Assembly (NCBI GenBank): GCA_902777885.1
Contig: CACYVR010000001.1
Coordinates: forward strand, 71,880 to 135,879
Reading direction: 5' to 3'
Source: an uncultured Methanobrevibacter sp.
Lineage (GTDB): Archaea; Methanobacteriota; Methanobacteria; Methanobacteriales; Methanobacteriaceae
DNA length: 64,000 nucleotides
The position numbers were made by a program, and so were the translations under genes. Shown piece by piece: positions 1 through 10,121 of this stretch. The notes under the pieces were generated by a model that saw nothing but the letters and a program-made list of their open reading frames with translations, searched no databases and was not told the origin of the DNA. Position 1 is the first letter of the stretch; each line of letters opens with the position of its first letter.

Positions 1-3000
1 CGCGATTTGAAGTACATGCGCACACTGTATATAGCAATATAAGATTGATTGACTGTATTAACTCTGTTGAAGGATTAATTGAAAGAGCTATTGATAATGG
101 ATTAGCAGGTATTGCCATAACTGACCACGAGGCACTTTGTGCTCATGTTAAAGCTAATCAGTTTGCTCAAAAAATAGCAGAAACTAATCCAACATTTAAA
201 GTTGCATTAGGTAATGAAATTTATTTATGTCCGAATAGAGAAAAAGGACAGAAATATTTTCATTTTATTTTAATTGCAAAAAATGCACAAGGTTATAGAG
301 CATTAAAAGAGTTATCATCAAGAGCATGGTTTAATTCATTTGAAGATCGACGTCTTGAAAGGGTTATAACAACATATGATGATTTAAAAGAAATATGCCA
401 AAGATATCCTAATTCTTTAATTGGAACAACTGCTTGTCTTGGAGGGGAATTATCAACTTTAACAAAAAAGTTGATTGAAGCAGAAAAATTAGAAGATACA
501 CAGAGTAAACAGGAAGCCCGTGATGGTATTATAGATTTTCTTTTAATGTGTAAAGACATTTTTGGTGAAGATTTTTATATAGAATGTGCGCCAGGATGTT
601 CAAGAGATCAGATAATGGTCAATAGAAGATTAATCTCTATCAGTCAATGCTTTGAAGTACCTATGGTTGTTGGAACTGATGCACATTATTTGAAAAAAGA
701 AGATAGGTTTATTCATAAAGCATTTCTTAATTCAAAAGATGGCGAAAGAGAAGTTGATACATTCTACGAATTTTCTTATCTTCAAACAAATGAAGAAATA
801 ATTGAGAATTTATCTCAATCATCTTATGATGAGATGTTCACAGAGAAAATGTTCCGCAATAGTATGGATATATATAATAAAATTGAAAACTATTCATTGT
901 TCCATACACAGCAGATTCCAACAGTAGAAATAAAAGATTATCCCCGTACACATTTTGTTTGGGAGGAAGAATTTCCTATTCTTGGAGAATTATTTAACTC
1001 AAAAGATAAAATGGAGAGATATTGGGTTAATCAATGTTTTGAGGGAATGAAAAATAAGGGCATTAATTGGGATAGTAATATTGCTGATATTGTATATGTA
1101 AAGCGTCTTGAAGAAGAAGCCCGCACAAAAAAGATCATCGGCGAAAAACTTGATACAAATATGTTTTCTTATCCCGTAACCTTACAACATTATATTAATT
1201 TAATATGGGAATGCGGAAGCCCAATTGGCGCAGGAAGAGGCTCAAGTTGTGCAGGTCTTAATCATTATTTATTAGGAGTAACTCAGCTTGACCCAATTAA
1301 ATGGGACTTACCTTGGTTCCGCTATATGAATGAAGAAAGAGCAGAAATTGCAGATATTGATATTGATATAGCACCAGGTAAGCGTCCTCTAATTTTAAGA
1401 AAGATTAGAGAAGAGCGTCGTAATTATATAGATAAAAATTTAGACGTAATAACAAGAAATAATTTAGGCTGTACTCTTGTTGCCGCATTTAAAACAGAAT
1501 CTCCGAAGTCAACAGTTCAGACAGCTTGTAGAGGTTATAGAAGTGAAGAATATCCAGATGGCATTGATATTGATATATCAATGTATTTGTCAAGTCTTAT
1601 CCCCGTAGAGCGTGGTGAACAGTGGACAATAGAAGATGTATTATATGGTAATGAGGAAAAGGGCAGAAAACCAATACAGCCTTTTATAAATGAAATTTAT
1701 CAATATGATGGTCTTATTGATATTATTATGGGAATTAAAGATTTGGTTAGTGCAAGAAGTTCACATGCATCTGGCGTTATCTTTTTTGAGAATGATCCAT
1801 ATGAACATTGTGCATTTATGAAAACTCCAAGCGGTGATATTATCACACAATGGGATTTGCATGAAGTTGAATATATGGGATTAACAAAGTATGATTTTCT
1901 TGTAACTGAAATTCAAGATAAAATTGTACAATGTATAAATCTTCTTCAGGAAGATGGTGAGATTGAACCAGATCTTACAATAAGACAAGTTTATGATAAA
2001 TATTTAGCACCAGAAAAATTAAATATAGAAAACACAAAAGTATGGGATGCAATAGATAGAAATGAAATTTTAAATTTGTTTCAGTTTGATTCAGAAGTTG
2101 GTAGTCAAGCAGCAAAAAAGATAAGACCTCGTACAATGCGACAGCTTGCGGATTCAAATGGATTAATGCGTCTTGCACCAAGTGAAAAAGGTGCAGAACC
2201 ACCAATGGAAAAATATATTCGTTTTAAAGAAAATATATCTCTTTGGTATGATGAAATGAGAAGATATGGACTAACAGCAAAGGAAGTTGAGGCTGTTAAA
2301 CCTTATTTTGAACCATCATTTGGAGTGCCTCCATCACAAGAGCAGCTAATGTTAATGTTAATGGACAAAGATATATGTAATTTTACATTGGCAGAAGCGA
2401 ATACAGCAAGAAAAATTGTTGCAAAAAAGCAGGTTAAAAGGATCCCAGAATTAAAAATGAAAGTTCAAACAAGTGCGGGGTCTCCAAATTTAGGTAGATA
2501 CATATGGGAATGTGGGGTTAAGCCGCAAGCAACATACTCATTCTCAATTATTCACGCATTAGCGTATAGTTTCATTGGATATCAAACAGCGTTTTTAGCA
2601 ACACATTGGAATCCAATTTATTGGAATACAGCGTGTCTTATTATCAATAGCAGTTCAGAAGATGAAGATGAAGAATATGATGATGAGGATGAAGAAGAGA
2701 CAATTATTGGCGCAAAGAAAAAGAAGAAAACAGCAAATTATGAAAAGATTGCACGAGCACTTGGCACAATAATTAGTAGAGGTATTAAGGTATCTATTGT
2801 TGATATAAATAAATCTGATCTATCTTTTAAGCCAGACGCAAAAAACAATCAGATTCTGTATGGGTTAAGACCTCTTACACAAGTAAATGAAGAGCAAATT
2901 GAGCAAATTATTGCTGGACGCCCTTATAAAGATTTTTATGACTTTTTAAATCGTTGTCCTTTAAAAAAACCAACAATGATTTCTTTAATTAAAGGTGGTG

Positions 3001-3971
3001 CATTTGATAATCTTGAAATAGAGTGGGCAAATGAATTAGGCATTGATCCTCGTATTCTTATCATGGCTATTTATATTTCAAGAGTGTCAGAACCAAAAAG
3101 TAAACTTAATCTTCAAAATTTTAGTGGTTTAATACAAAAAGGATTAATTCCTGATAGTATGGTTGAATATAAATACATCTTTAATTTTAATAAGTATATA
3201 AAAGCAAACTTTAAAGCAGGTTCTTATTTAGTATTAAAAGATGAAGATTGTTATGATTTTTATGAAAAAAGATTTGACTGTGATATTTTAGAAGTAGTTG
3301 CGGGAGTTCCTTGCATTAAAGAAAAAATATGGTCAAAGATATATACAAAAGCAATGGATGGCGCAAGAGAATGGTTGAAAGATAATCAAGAAGAAATTTT
3401 GCAGATGTTTAATGAAAGATTGTTCTTTGAAATGTGGGATAAGTATGCAGATGGCACAGTTTCTGCATGGGAAATGTCTGCATTGTGTTTCTATTATCAT
3501 GACCATGAACTTAAAGATATTGATTTTGATAAGTATGGCATAAAGAACTTCTTTGATATGCCAACAACTCCACCAGTAGATTATTATTATAAAAAGAAAG
3601 GTAGACAACTTCCTGTTTATAAGATAACTCGTATTGCTGGAACAGTAATAGGTAAAAATGATGCGCGAGCATCTATAGCTTTATTAACGGTTGACGGGGT
3701 TGTCAATGTTAAGTTCACAAAAGAATATTATGCAATGTTTAAAAAGCAAATATCTGAAAAAGATGAAACAGGTGTAAAACACGTAAAAGAAAAATCTTGG
3801 TTTAAACGTGGAACCAAGCTAATGATACAAGGTTATCGTAAAGACGATACATTTGTATCAAAAACATACTATAATACTCCCGGTCATCAATTATATAAAA
3901 TAATAGATGTTAATGGGAAAAATATTACATTGACAAGTGAAAGATATCAAGTGGAGGATGAAGATGTATAA
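1..3971 (+). CDS. dnaE: DNA polymerase III alpha subunit (DnaE-type, family C), 5'-truncated by the window edge
   Basis: The frame is open from position 3 (RFEVHAHTVYS, PHP motif). Also present: ITDH, GRGS, catalytic DIDID, HASGV, KYDFL and YSFSxxHALAY motifs, and a C-terminal OB fold. Confidence 0.95.
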   Translation, partial: RFEVHAHTVYSNIRLIDCINSVEGLIERAIDNGLAGIAITDHEALCAHVKANQFAQKIAETNPTFKVALGNEIYLCPNREKGQKYFHFILIAKNAQGYRALKELSSRAWFNSFEDRRLERVITTYDDLKEICQRYPNSLIGTTACLGGELSTLTKKLIEAEKLEDTQSKQEARDGIIDFLLMCKDIFGEDFYIECAPGCSRDQIMVNRRLISISQCFEVPMVVGTDAHYLKKEDRFIHKAFLNSKDGEREVDTFYEFSYLQTNEEIIENLSQSSYDEMFTEKMFRNSMDIYNKIENYSLFHTQQIPTVEIKDYPRTHFVWEEEFPILGELFNSKDKMERYWVNQCFEGMKNKGINWDSNIADIVYVKRLEEEARTKKIIGEKLDTNMFSYPVTLQHYINLIWECGSPIGAGRGSSCAGLNHYLLGVTQLDPIKWDLPWFRYMNEERAEIADIDIDIAPGKRPLILRKIREERRNYIDKNLDVITRNNLGCTLVAAFKTESPKSTVQTACRGYRSEEYPDGIDIDISMYLSSLIPVERGEQWTIEDVLYGNEEKGRKPIQPFINEIYQYDGLIDIIMGIKDLVSARSSHASGVIFFENDPYEHCAFMKTPSGDIITQWDLHEVEYMGLTKYDFLVTEIQDKIVQCINLLQEDGEIEPDLTIRQVYDKYLAPEKLNIENTKVWDAIDRNEILNLFQFDSEVGSQAAKKIRPRTMRQLADSNGLMRLAPSEKGAEPPMEKYIRFKENISLWYDEMRRYGLTAKEVEAVKPYFEPSFGVPPSQEQLMLMLMDKDICNFTLAEANTARKIVAKKQVKRIPELKMKVQTSAGSPNLGRYIWECGVKPQATYSFSIIHALAYSFIGYQTAFLATHWNPIYWNTACLIINSSSEDEDEEYDDEDEEETIIGAKKKKKTANYEKIARALGTIISRGIKVSIVDINKSDLSFKPDAKNNQILYGLRPLTQVNEEQIEQIIAGRPYKDFYDFLNRCPLKKPTMISLIKGGAFDNLEIEWANELGIDPRILIMAIYISRVSEPKSKLNLQNFSGLIQKGLIPDSMVEYKYIFNFNKYIKANFKAGSYLVLKDEDCYDFYEKRFDCDILEVVAGVPCIKEKIWSKIYTKAMDGAREWLKDNQEEILQMFNERLFFEMWDKYADGTVSAWEMSALCFYYHDHELKDIDFDKYGIKNFFDMPTTPPVDYYYKKKGRQLPVYKITRIAGTVIGKNDARASIALLTVDGVVNVKFTKEYYAMFKKQISEKDETGVKHVKEKSWFKRGTKLMIQGYRKDDTFVSKTYYNTPGHQLYKIIDVNGKNITLTSERYQVEDEDV

Positions 3972-4572
3972 TATCGTTGCAATATTTGGAAAGAGTGGAG
4001 TAGGGAAAGACACCCTGCTCAAGTTCTTATGTAAAAATAAAAATTATCATGCTATAGTTTCATATACAACGCGCCCGCCGCGAGAGAATGAAAGAGATGG
4101 TATTGATTATCATTTTATTGATAAATTCACTTTTTCAGAAAAAGTTGCAAAAAGTGAAATGTTAGAATATACAGAATTTAAGAAGGATTGGTTTTATGGT
4201 ACAGGTATTGATGACCTAAGAACTTCAAAAACCAATATTGGAGTTTTTAATCCAAGCGGAATTATATCTTTAATAAAAATAGCAGAAAAAGAACCAGACA
4301 AATATAATATTATGTTTTGTTGTGTAGAGACAGACGAAAAGACTCGTTTATTAAGAAGTTTAAATAGAGAAGAGTATCCAGATTGCCGTGAAATTTGTAG
4401 ACGTTTTATCTCTGATGAAAATGATTTTTTTCATTTAGATAACTATTTACATAACTCTGATTATATGAAAAATAAAAAGAACTGTATGGTGATTAAATCA
4501 AGTGGAACCAACTTTTTATCTCAACCTTTTACTCAAGATATTATGGACCAAATAGATAAATATTTCTCATGA
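3964..4572 (+). CDS. gmk: Guanylate kinase-like nucleotide kinase
   Basis: P-loop GKSGVGKDT, TTRPPRENERDGIDYHF and WFYGT motifs; GGAGG upstream of ATG 3964. Confidence 0.9.
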   Translation: MYNIVAIFGKSGVGKDTLLKFLCKNKNYHAIVSYTTRPPRENERDGIDYHFIDKFTFSEKVAKSEMLEYTEFKKDWFYGTGIDDLRTSKTNIGVFNPSGIISLIKIAEKEPDKYNIMFCCVETDEKTRLLRSLNREEYPDCREICRRFISDENDFFHLDNYLHNSDYMKNKKNCMVIKSSGTNFLSQPFTQDIMDQIDKYFS

Positions 4573-4637
4573 TTTTTTCATATACTTTAAGGATATGTTT
4601 CCTTTAAACTATTTAAATAATTAAGGAGGACATTGAA

Positions 4638-5984
4638 ATGGTTCAAATAACAAAACGAGATGGTAGATTGGTTCCATTCGATAAAAATAAAATAGAGCGT
4701 GCAGTATTAAAAGCTTTTGCTGCCGTAGATGGCGAATTAACTGATTATGCCATCTCAAAAGCAGAAAATATTGCTGACTATATTGAAGCAATGTGTAAAG
4801 ATAGGGTATTGGGGATTGAAGAAATACAAGATTATGTCGAAAATGGTTTAATGTCAACAAAAAGGCATGATGTTGCAAAAGCATACATTATGTATCGTGA
4901 AGAGAGAACCCAACAAAGAAAAAGAAACTCTAAACTAATTAAAATGGTCAGAGAAAAACTCCAGAGTTTAAATGTTCAAAATCAAAATGCAAATGTTGAC
5001 GAACATTCTTTTGGTGGAAGAATTGGTGAAGCAGCTGGTGTTATTCTTCGTGATATTGCATTAAATGAAATAATGTCTGAAAAGGCTCGTGATAATCATT
5101 TAAAAAATCGTATCTACACTCACGACTTAGACCATTATGCAGTTGGTGACCATAATTGTTTAACGATTCCTTTTGATAAACTATTAGCATCTGGTTTTAA
5201 TACTCGTCAAACAGATGTTCGACCCGCTAACTCAATCAGAACAGCCTTTCAGTTAATTGCAGTTTTATTTCAAATTCAATCTTTACAACAATTTGGAGGA
5301 GTCTCTGCTTCTCACCTTGATTGGACTATGGTTCCTTATGTAAGAAAAAGTTTTAATAAACATTATATTAATGGCATAAAATATATATTAAACTTTTCCG
5401 CCGAAGGATGGGAAATTTATAAAGATAAGGCAATAGATGCAGAAGAATATAAACAATATAGTGATAAAGTATATCAATATGCAATGGATATGCTCAAAGA
5501 AGAATTAAAGCAATCTGCGGAAGGTATGTATCATAACCTTAATACATTGCAATCTCGTAGCGGAAATCAACTTCCTTTTACATCTATTAACTATGGTACC
5601 TGTACTCTTTTAGAGGGACAGCTTGTAACGGAAGCTTTACTTGATGCTCTTATCGCAGGCGTTGGTAAATACCATAAAACAAGTATTTTCCCTTGTGGTA
5701 TATTCCAATATATGAAAGGTATTAATAATAAAAAAGGTACGCCTAATTATTTCTTATATAGAAAAGCTCTTAAAGCAACAGCAAAAAGACTATATCCTAA
5801 TTATGCTAATTGTAATGTTAAAATGCAAGAAGATTGGATTCATTATGATAGACAACAAAAAGAAGAGTATATTAATTCATTAAGTCCACAAGATTATAAT
5901 ACTTTAATTAAAAGACTAGAAGAAAATCCTTCTTTACAAGAAATTTTAATGCTTGAAATATACGATGATGAGGAGGATGCTTAA
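4638..5984 (+). CDS. nrdD: Anaerobic (class III) ribonucleotide reductase, N-terminal fragment with ATP cone
   Basis: ATP cone (ITKRDGRLVPFDKNKI), ENAN-like QNANVD, HDLD..HNC, QSRSGNQLPFTSINYG and RLYPNY; ends at TAA 5982-5984. Confidence 0.93.
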   Translation: MVQITKRDGRLVPFDKNKIERAVLKAFAAVDGELTDYAISKAENIADYIEAMCKDRVLGIEEIQDYVENGLMSTKRHDVAKAYIMYREERTQQRKRNSKLIKMVREKLQSLNVQNQNANVDEHSFGGRIGEAAGVILRDIALNEIMSEKARDNHLKNRIYTHDLDHYAVGDHNCLTIPFDKLLASGFNTRQTDVRPANSIRTAFQLIAVLFQIQSLQQFGGVSASHLDWTMVPYVRKSFNKHYINGIKYILNFSAEGWEIYKDKAIDAEEYKQYSDKVYQYAMDMLKEELKQSAEGMYHNLNTLQSRSGNQLPFTSINYGTCTLLEGQLVTEALLDALIAGVGKYHKTSIFPCGIFQYMKGINNKKGTPNYFLYRKALKATAKRLYPNYANCNVKMQEDWIHYDRQQKEEYINSLSPQDYNTLIKRLEENPSLQEILMLEIYDDEEDA

Positions 5985-5985
5985 A

Positions 5986-6549
5986 ATGGAAGAGCAATGG
6001 AAAATATTTAGAAATTTAAAAGACAATAAGCATCCTTATGCAAGTATTTGGGAAGTTTCAAATTTTGGGAGAATTAAAAGAGATGGGCAAATAATTGAAG
6101 TAAAAATAAATGACTGGGGATATTATGCTTTAAGTTTTGGTTTAGTTCATAAAATAGTTGCAGAAGTTTTTATCCCAAAAACTGAGGAAGATATAAAATT
6201 AAATCGTAATCAAGTAGATCATATTGATGGAGATAGGTTAAATAATAATGTTAAAAATTTAAGATGGTGTACGCAAAAAGAAAATATTACTTTTCCATTA
6301 GCCATAAAAAATAAACAAGAATCTGCAAAAGCTAATGGATACAAAGGAAGACCTCCTAAAAAACCTGTAGTTCAATTGGATAAAAAAGGTAATTTTATTG
6401 CTGAGTATAATAGTGTTCTAGAAGCAGGTGAAAAAAATAATATCTGGAAAGGCGGTATTTCAGCTGTTTTACATGGAAAACAAAAAACCGCAGGCGGATA
6501 TGTTTGGAAATTTAAGGAGGATTATGAAAATGAAAAAAATAAGAATTAA
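5986..6549 (+). CDS. HNH homing endonuclease (NUMOD4-HNH-NUMOD1 type) inserted in nrdD
   Basis: WEVSNFGRIK, VHKIVAEVF, VDHIDGDRLNNNVKNLRW and C-terminal KPVVQLD...GYVWKF; AGGAGG at 5971-5976, 9 nt before ATG 5986. Confidence 0.92.
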   Translation: MEEQWKIFRNLKDNKHPYASIWEVSNFGRIKRDGQIIEVKINDWGYYALSFGLVHKIVAEVFIPKTEEDIKLNRNQVDHIDGDRLNNNVKNLRWCTQKENITFPLAIKNKQESAKANGYKGRPPKKPVVQLDKKGNFIAEYNSVLEAGEKNNIWKGGISAVLHGKQKTAGGYVWKFKEDYENEKNKN

Positions 6550-7663
6550 ACAAGATCAAGTTTCAACAGAATTATTCTCTACAATGGGATGCAGGACCCA
6601 GAATGGCGCTGATATAAATGCCCTCGATTCTTATAAAAAGAATATTCAAACAGTTATTAATTCTGGTTATTTGTATGATAATTATATATCTGCTGCGCAG
6701 AAAGACGGTCGTGGTAATATTTGTCCAGTAACCATTATTATGCCTACTCTTGCTATGGAAGCAAAAGAACAAGCAGAAAAGAATGGCACAAATAGTGTTA
6801 ATGAATTTATGGCAATTCTTGCGCAAGCTATTGAAGATGCAAGGGATATATTGATTGAGCGTTTTGAATGGATTTGTTCGCAGCCAATGGATGCTGCAAA
6901 GTTTATGTATGAAAATGGAACTATGGAAGGATATGTCCCAGAAGAAGGTATTAAATCAGCGCTTAAGCATGGCACATTAGCAATAGGACAATTAGGTTTA
7001 GCAGAAACGCTTCAAATTCTTATTGGCTGTGACCATACTGATAAAAAGGGTATGGATGTTGCAAAAGAAATAGAGGGTTTATTTAAAACCCTTTGCGCCA
7101 AATATAAAGAAGAATATAAATTAAATTTTGGTGTATATTTTACTCCTGCCGAAAATCTTTGTTATACAGCAATGAATAAATTTAAAGAAAAATATGGTGA
7201 GATTCCAAATGTCAGTGATAGAGAATATTTTACCAATAGTATTCATGTTCCTGTGTGGAAAGAGCTTTCTCCATTTGAAAAGTTTGATATTGAATCACAG
7301 CTCACTGGATATAGCTCTGCAGGCTGTATTACATATGTTGAACTTGAAGGAGCTGTGTTACATAATATAGATGCTCTTGAACAAATCGTTACATATGGAA
7401 TGGAAAAAGACCTTCCTTATGTTGCGTTAAATGTCCCCGCAGACCTTTGTATAGATTGTGGGTATGAGGATTTAATTGAAAATAACTGTCCAAAATGCGG
7501 AGGTAATAATATTCAAAGACTTCGTAGAGTGACCGGCTATTTAACTGGTGACTATACTAGTTCTTTTAATAAAGGTAAGCAAGCAGAAGTCAGAGATAGA
7601 TATAAACATTCAAGAAAGTTGGGAACAATAGCTTATGAGAATAGCGGGGATAATGAAGAATGA
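6530..7663 (+). CDS. nrdD: Anaerobic ribonucleotide reductase, C-terminal fragment (catalytic finger loop, Zn site, glycyl-radical motif)
   Basis: FSTMGCRT, GRGN, TPAENL, YFTNSIH, CIDC..CPKC and RRVTGYL; AAGGAGG at 6514-6520 precedes ATG 6530. Confidence 0.93.
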   Translation: MKKIRIKQDQVSTELFSTMGCRTQNGADINALDSYKKNIQTVINSGYLYDNYISAAQKDGRGNICPVTIIMPTLAMEAKEQAEKNGTNSVNEFMAILAQAIEDARDILIERFEWICSQPMDAAKFMYENGTMEGYVPEEGIKSALKHGTLAIGQLGLAETLQILIGCDHTDKKGMDVAKEIEGLFKTLCAKYKEEYKLNFGVYFTPAENLCYTAMNKFKEKYGEIPNVSDREYFTNSIHVPVWKELSPFEKFDIESQLTGYSSAGCITYVELEGAVLHNIDALEQIVTYGMEKDLPYVALNVPADLCIDCGYEDLIENNCPKCGGNNIQRLRRVTGYLTGDYTSSFNKGKQAEVRDRYKHSRKLGTIAYENSGDNEE

Positions 7664-8129
7664 TATTGTTAATAGCAATAATGGTGTATGTGTATCGGTG
7701 TGGACACAAGGATGTCCACACCGGTGTAAAGGCTGTCACAATCCCGAAACTTGGAACTTTGATGGCGGTTATGATATTGATTACAAAAGTCTTAAAGAAC
7801 AAGTAATTAATGCACTTGGCGCAAATGGTATTCAAAGAAATTTATCTATTCTTGGTGGAGAACCCCTCTGTGAAGAAAATCTTTTTTGGATATCCAAATT
7901 AATTCATGAAGTAAAAGTTGCTTATCCAGATATTAAAGTAACTTTATGGACAGGATACACATTAGAAGAATTGCAAGAGTTAAGTAAAAATAATGTTAAA
8001 CTTACTATTGCCTTGTTATGTATAGATATTCTTATAGATGGACGTTTTGAAGAAGATAAAAAAGATTTATCACTTGAATTACGTGGCAGCTCAAATCAAC
8101 GGATTTTATACCGTGGAGTTGATTTTTAA
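7635..8129 (+). CDS. nrdG: Anaerobic RNR activating radical SAM enzyme
   Basis: CPHRCKGCHNP (CxxxCxxC), LGGEP, DG.F and RGSSNQ; follows nrdD. Confidence 0.95.
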   Translation: MRIAGIMKNDIVNSNNGVCVSVWTQGCPHRCKGCHNPETWNFDGGYDIDYKSLKEQVINALGANGIQRNLSILGGEPLCEENLFWISKLIHEVKVAYPDIKVTLWTGYTLEELQELSKNNVKLTIALLCIDILIDGRFEEDKKDLSLELRGSSNQRILYRGVDF

Positions 8130-8147
8130 TAAAATTTTTGTTATAAT
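8119..8147 (+). promoter_or_regulatory. Sigma-A type promoter
   Basis: TTGATT-17 bp-TATAAT with extended TG, upstream of an AAGGAG RBS. Confidence 0.7.
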
Positions 8148-8176
8148 ATAATAAAGGATTAAAAAAGGAGAAAAAT

Positions 8177-8551
8177 ATGGCAGAAATAAATGGCGGAACG
8201 CTATATGAAATAAATCAAAATCTTATGGCAAATGAAAAAAAATTATCTGGAATTGATTTAATGAATAGACAAAAATCTTTACAAGCATTTTTCCATAATA
8301 GCCTTTCAAAGTATTTTATGATGCTATGTAAAGAACAGTCAGATTATACTTTATTTAAATTAAATAATCATACAACATCAGCGATGAAAGCCGCGGAAGA
8401 AGTTCTTATTTGCATGAAAAATAGGGGGGCTATTCTAGCTATTGATAGAACAAAAGAAAACAATGCTTTTGAAATTTGGATTCGTGGCGAAGATGATATT
8501 AATAGTTGCTATTATTTGTTTGAATATGATGAAGGAGTTATTGAATGTTAA
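8177..8551 (+). CDS. Hypothetical phage protein
   Basis: ORF with AAGGAG RBS and promoter; no recognised motif. Confidence 0.75.
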   Translation: MAEINGGTLYEINQNLMANEKKLSGIDLMNRQKSLQAFFHNSLSKYFMMLCKEQSDYTLFKLNNHTTSAMKAAEEVLICMKNRGAILAIDRTKENNAFEIWIRGEDDINSCYYLFEYDEGVIEC

Positions 8552-8552
8552 A

Positions 8553-8816
8553 ATGAAAGAAATAGTTTGTAAAATACAACCATTTGATCTAATGCAAACC
8601 ATTTTTCTTATAGAAGATGGGAAACAAAAACAAGCTTATAAAGTTCCAACTAAAGATTTTGTAAAAGAATGTTATCAATTATATAGTGTCAATCAAGCGG
8701 ATAGAATCAATATTAAAGGACATAAAAAGTATGCTCAAGGCTTAAAAGTACAACTTGAAAAGACAGCAAAAGAAGCATACAGTCAAAATACATTAGAAGT
8801 AATTCTAACGAAATAA
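8553..8816 (+). CDS. Hypothetical protein
   Basis: Operon-coupled ORF; ATG 8553 lies just after the previous stop. Confidence 0.7.
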   Translation: MKEIVCKIQPFDLMQTIFLIEDGKQKQAYKVPTKDFVKECYQLYSVNQADRINIKGHKKYAQGLKVQLEKTAKEAYSQNTLEVILTK

Positions 8817-8827
8817 AGGAGTATTAT

Positions 8828-9070
8828 ATGAAATATCTTATTACAACAGTAGAAACATATAGAGTAGACACCGAAGCGGAGGCTAAGGAACTAATTGAAA
8901 CAGCAAAGAAAGATGGCACATCAATTCTTTCTAAATATACGAGTGAATATAAAGAAAGAAAAGCAAAAGGTGAAGTTATTGATGAATATTTTAAGGTAAC
9001 CCTTACTCGTCAATTCACAGACATTAAAGAGCCTGACACACAAGTTGACATTAGTTACGAGGTGCTGTAA
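8828..9070 (+). CDS. Hypothetical protein
   Basis: AAGGAG RBS; stop overlaps the dut start. Confidence 0.75.
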   Translation: MKYLITTVETYRVDTEAEAKELIETAKKDGTSILSKYTSEYKERKAKGEVIDEYFKVTLTRQFTDIKEPDTQVDISYEVL

Positions 9071-9507
9071 TGAACGTAAAAGTTAAAATTTTAAATGAAT
9101 TTGCAACTATTCCTATGAAAGGTTCAAGATGGGCGGCAGGTCACGATCTTTATGCTGCAATACCATCTGGTTCTGTGACTATTAAACCGCATGAAACAGT
9201 TTTCATAGGAACTGGTTTAGCAATGGAAATACCTGTAACAACATTTGGGGCTATTTTCGCCCGTAGCGGGCTAGCTAACAAAGAGGGACTTAGACCCGGT
9301 AACTGTGTTGGCGTTGTCGATTCAGATTATCGTGGTGAAGTAATGGTCGGTATTCATAATGATACAGATATTGCAAAGATTATTCAGCATGGCGATAGAA
9401 TTGCTCAGCTTGTAATTTTACCTTATCTTGTTACAGATTTTGAACCTACGGATAAATTAAGTGAAACTGACCGAGGTGTGCAAGGGTTTGGCTCTACCGG
9501 CAGATAA
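9070..9507 (+). CDS. dut: Trimeric dUTPase
   Basis: Motifs AGHDL, ARSGL, GVVDSDYRGE, GDRIAQL and RGVQGFGSTG. Confidence 0.97.
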   Translation: MNVKVKILNEFATIPMKGSRWAAGHDLYAAIPSGSVTIKPHETVFIGTGLAMEIPVTTFGAIFARSGLANKEGLRPGNCVGVVDSDYRGEVMVGIHNDTDIAKIIQHGDRIAQLVILPYLVTDFEPTDKLSETDRGVQGFGSTGR

Positions 9508-9508
9508 G

Positions 9509-9538
9509 AAAAAGCGGCATATAGCCGCTTTTCTTTTT
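9509..9538 (+). terminator. Intrinsic terminator
   Basis: AAAAGCGGC-ATATA-GCCGCTTTT followed by a T tract. Confidence 0.85.
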
Positions 9539-9550
9539 GTCTATTTAGAT

Positions 9551-9579
9551 TTGACATTCCTTAAAATTTTTGATATACT
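9551..9579 (+). promoter_or_regulatory. Sigma-A type promoter
   Basis: TTGACA-17-TATACT with extended TG. Confidence 0.8.
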
Positions 9580-9605
9580 ATAGCTAAGGAAGGGATGATC
9601 TAAAT

Positions 9606-10094
9606 ATGAAAATTATAGGATTAGATTTAAGTACACATAGTACAGGTTATTGTGTATTTGAAAATAAAAAATTAATTGAGCATGGTTGTATTACAGCAAC
9701 ATCAACAAATTTATTAAAAAGAATAGATAAAATTGTAAAAGAATTAGAGGAAATTATAACTAAGCATAATGATACTGAAAAAATTATAATGGAAGAAGTT
9801 ATCCCCTCTGTTGGCAAAAATGTTAAAACTTGGAAAGCATTACTATATTTACAAGCTATTTTTTCAATGATGCTTTTTAAAAAATTTAACAAAATAGAAA
9901 CCGAATTTATATATCCTAGCTCTTGGCGCGCAAAGATAGGGATACATACTGGAAAAGGAATTACAAGAGATAAATTAAAAGCGGCAGATATAGCGTTTGT
10001 AAAAAATAAATATAATATTGATGTAAATGACGATACCGCTGATGCGATCGGCATTGCTTCTGCATCTTTTACTGAAAATTCTTTCTTTATATAA
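9606..10094 (+). CDS. RuvC-like Holliday junction resolvase
   Basis: IIGLDLSTHSTGY, IIMEE, PSSWR and DDTADAIGI RNase H-fold motifs. Confidence 0.85.
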   Translation: MKIIGLDLSTHSTGYCVFENKKLIEHGCITATSTNLLKRIDKIVKELEEIITKHNDTEKIIMEEVIPSVGKNVKTWKALLYLQAIFSMMLFKKFNKIETEFIYPSSWRAKIGIHTGKGITRDKLKAADIAFVKNKYNIDVNDDTADAIGIASASFTENSFFI

Positions 10095-10121
10095 AAAGAG
10101 AGGGTTAATACCCCTCTCTTA
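10093..10121. terminator. Probable bidirectional terminator between convergent units
   Basis: AAGAGAGGG-TTAATA-CCCTCTCTT at the strand switch. Confidence 0.65.

Noticed and set aside
5800-6600. Group I intron or split intein in nrdD
   Set aside because: No intron core motifs or non-coding space, no intein-length N-block or terminal HN/C motif, and both downstream ORFs have their own strong RBS.
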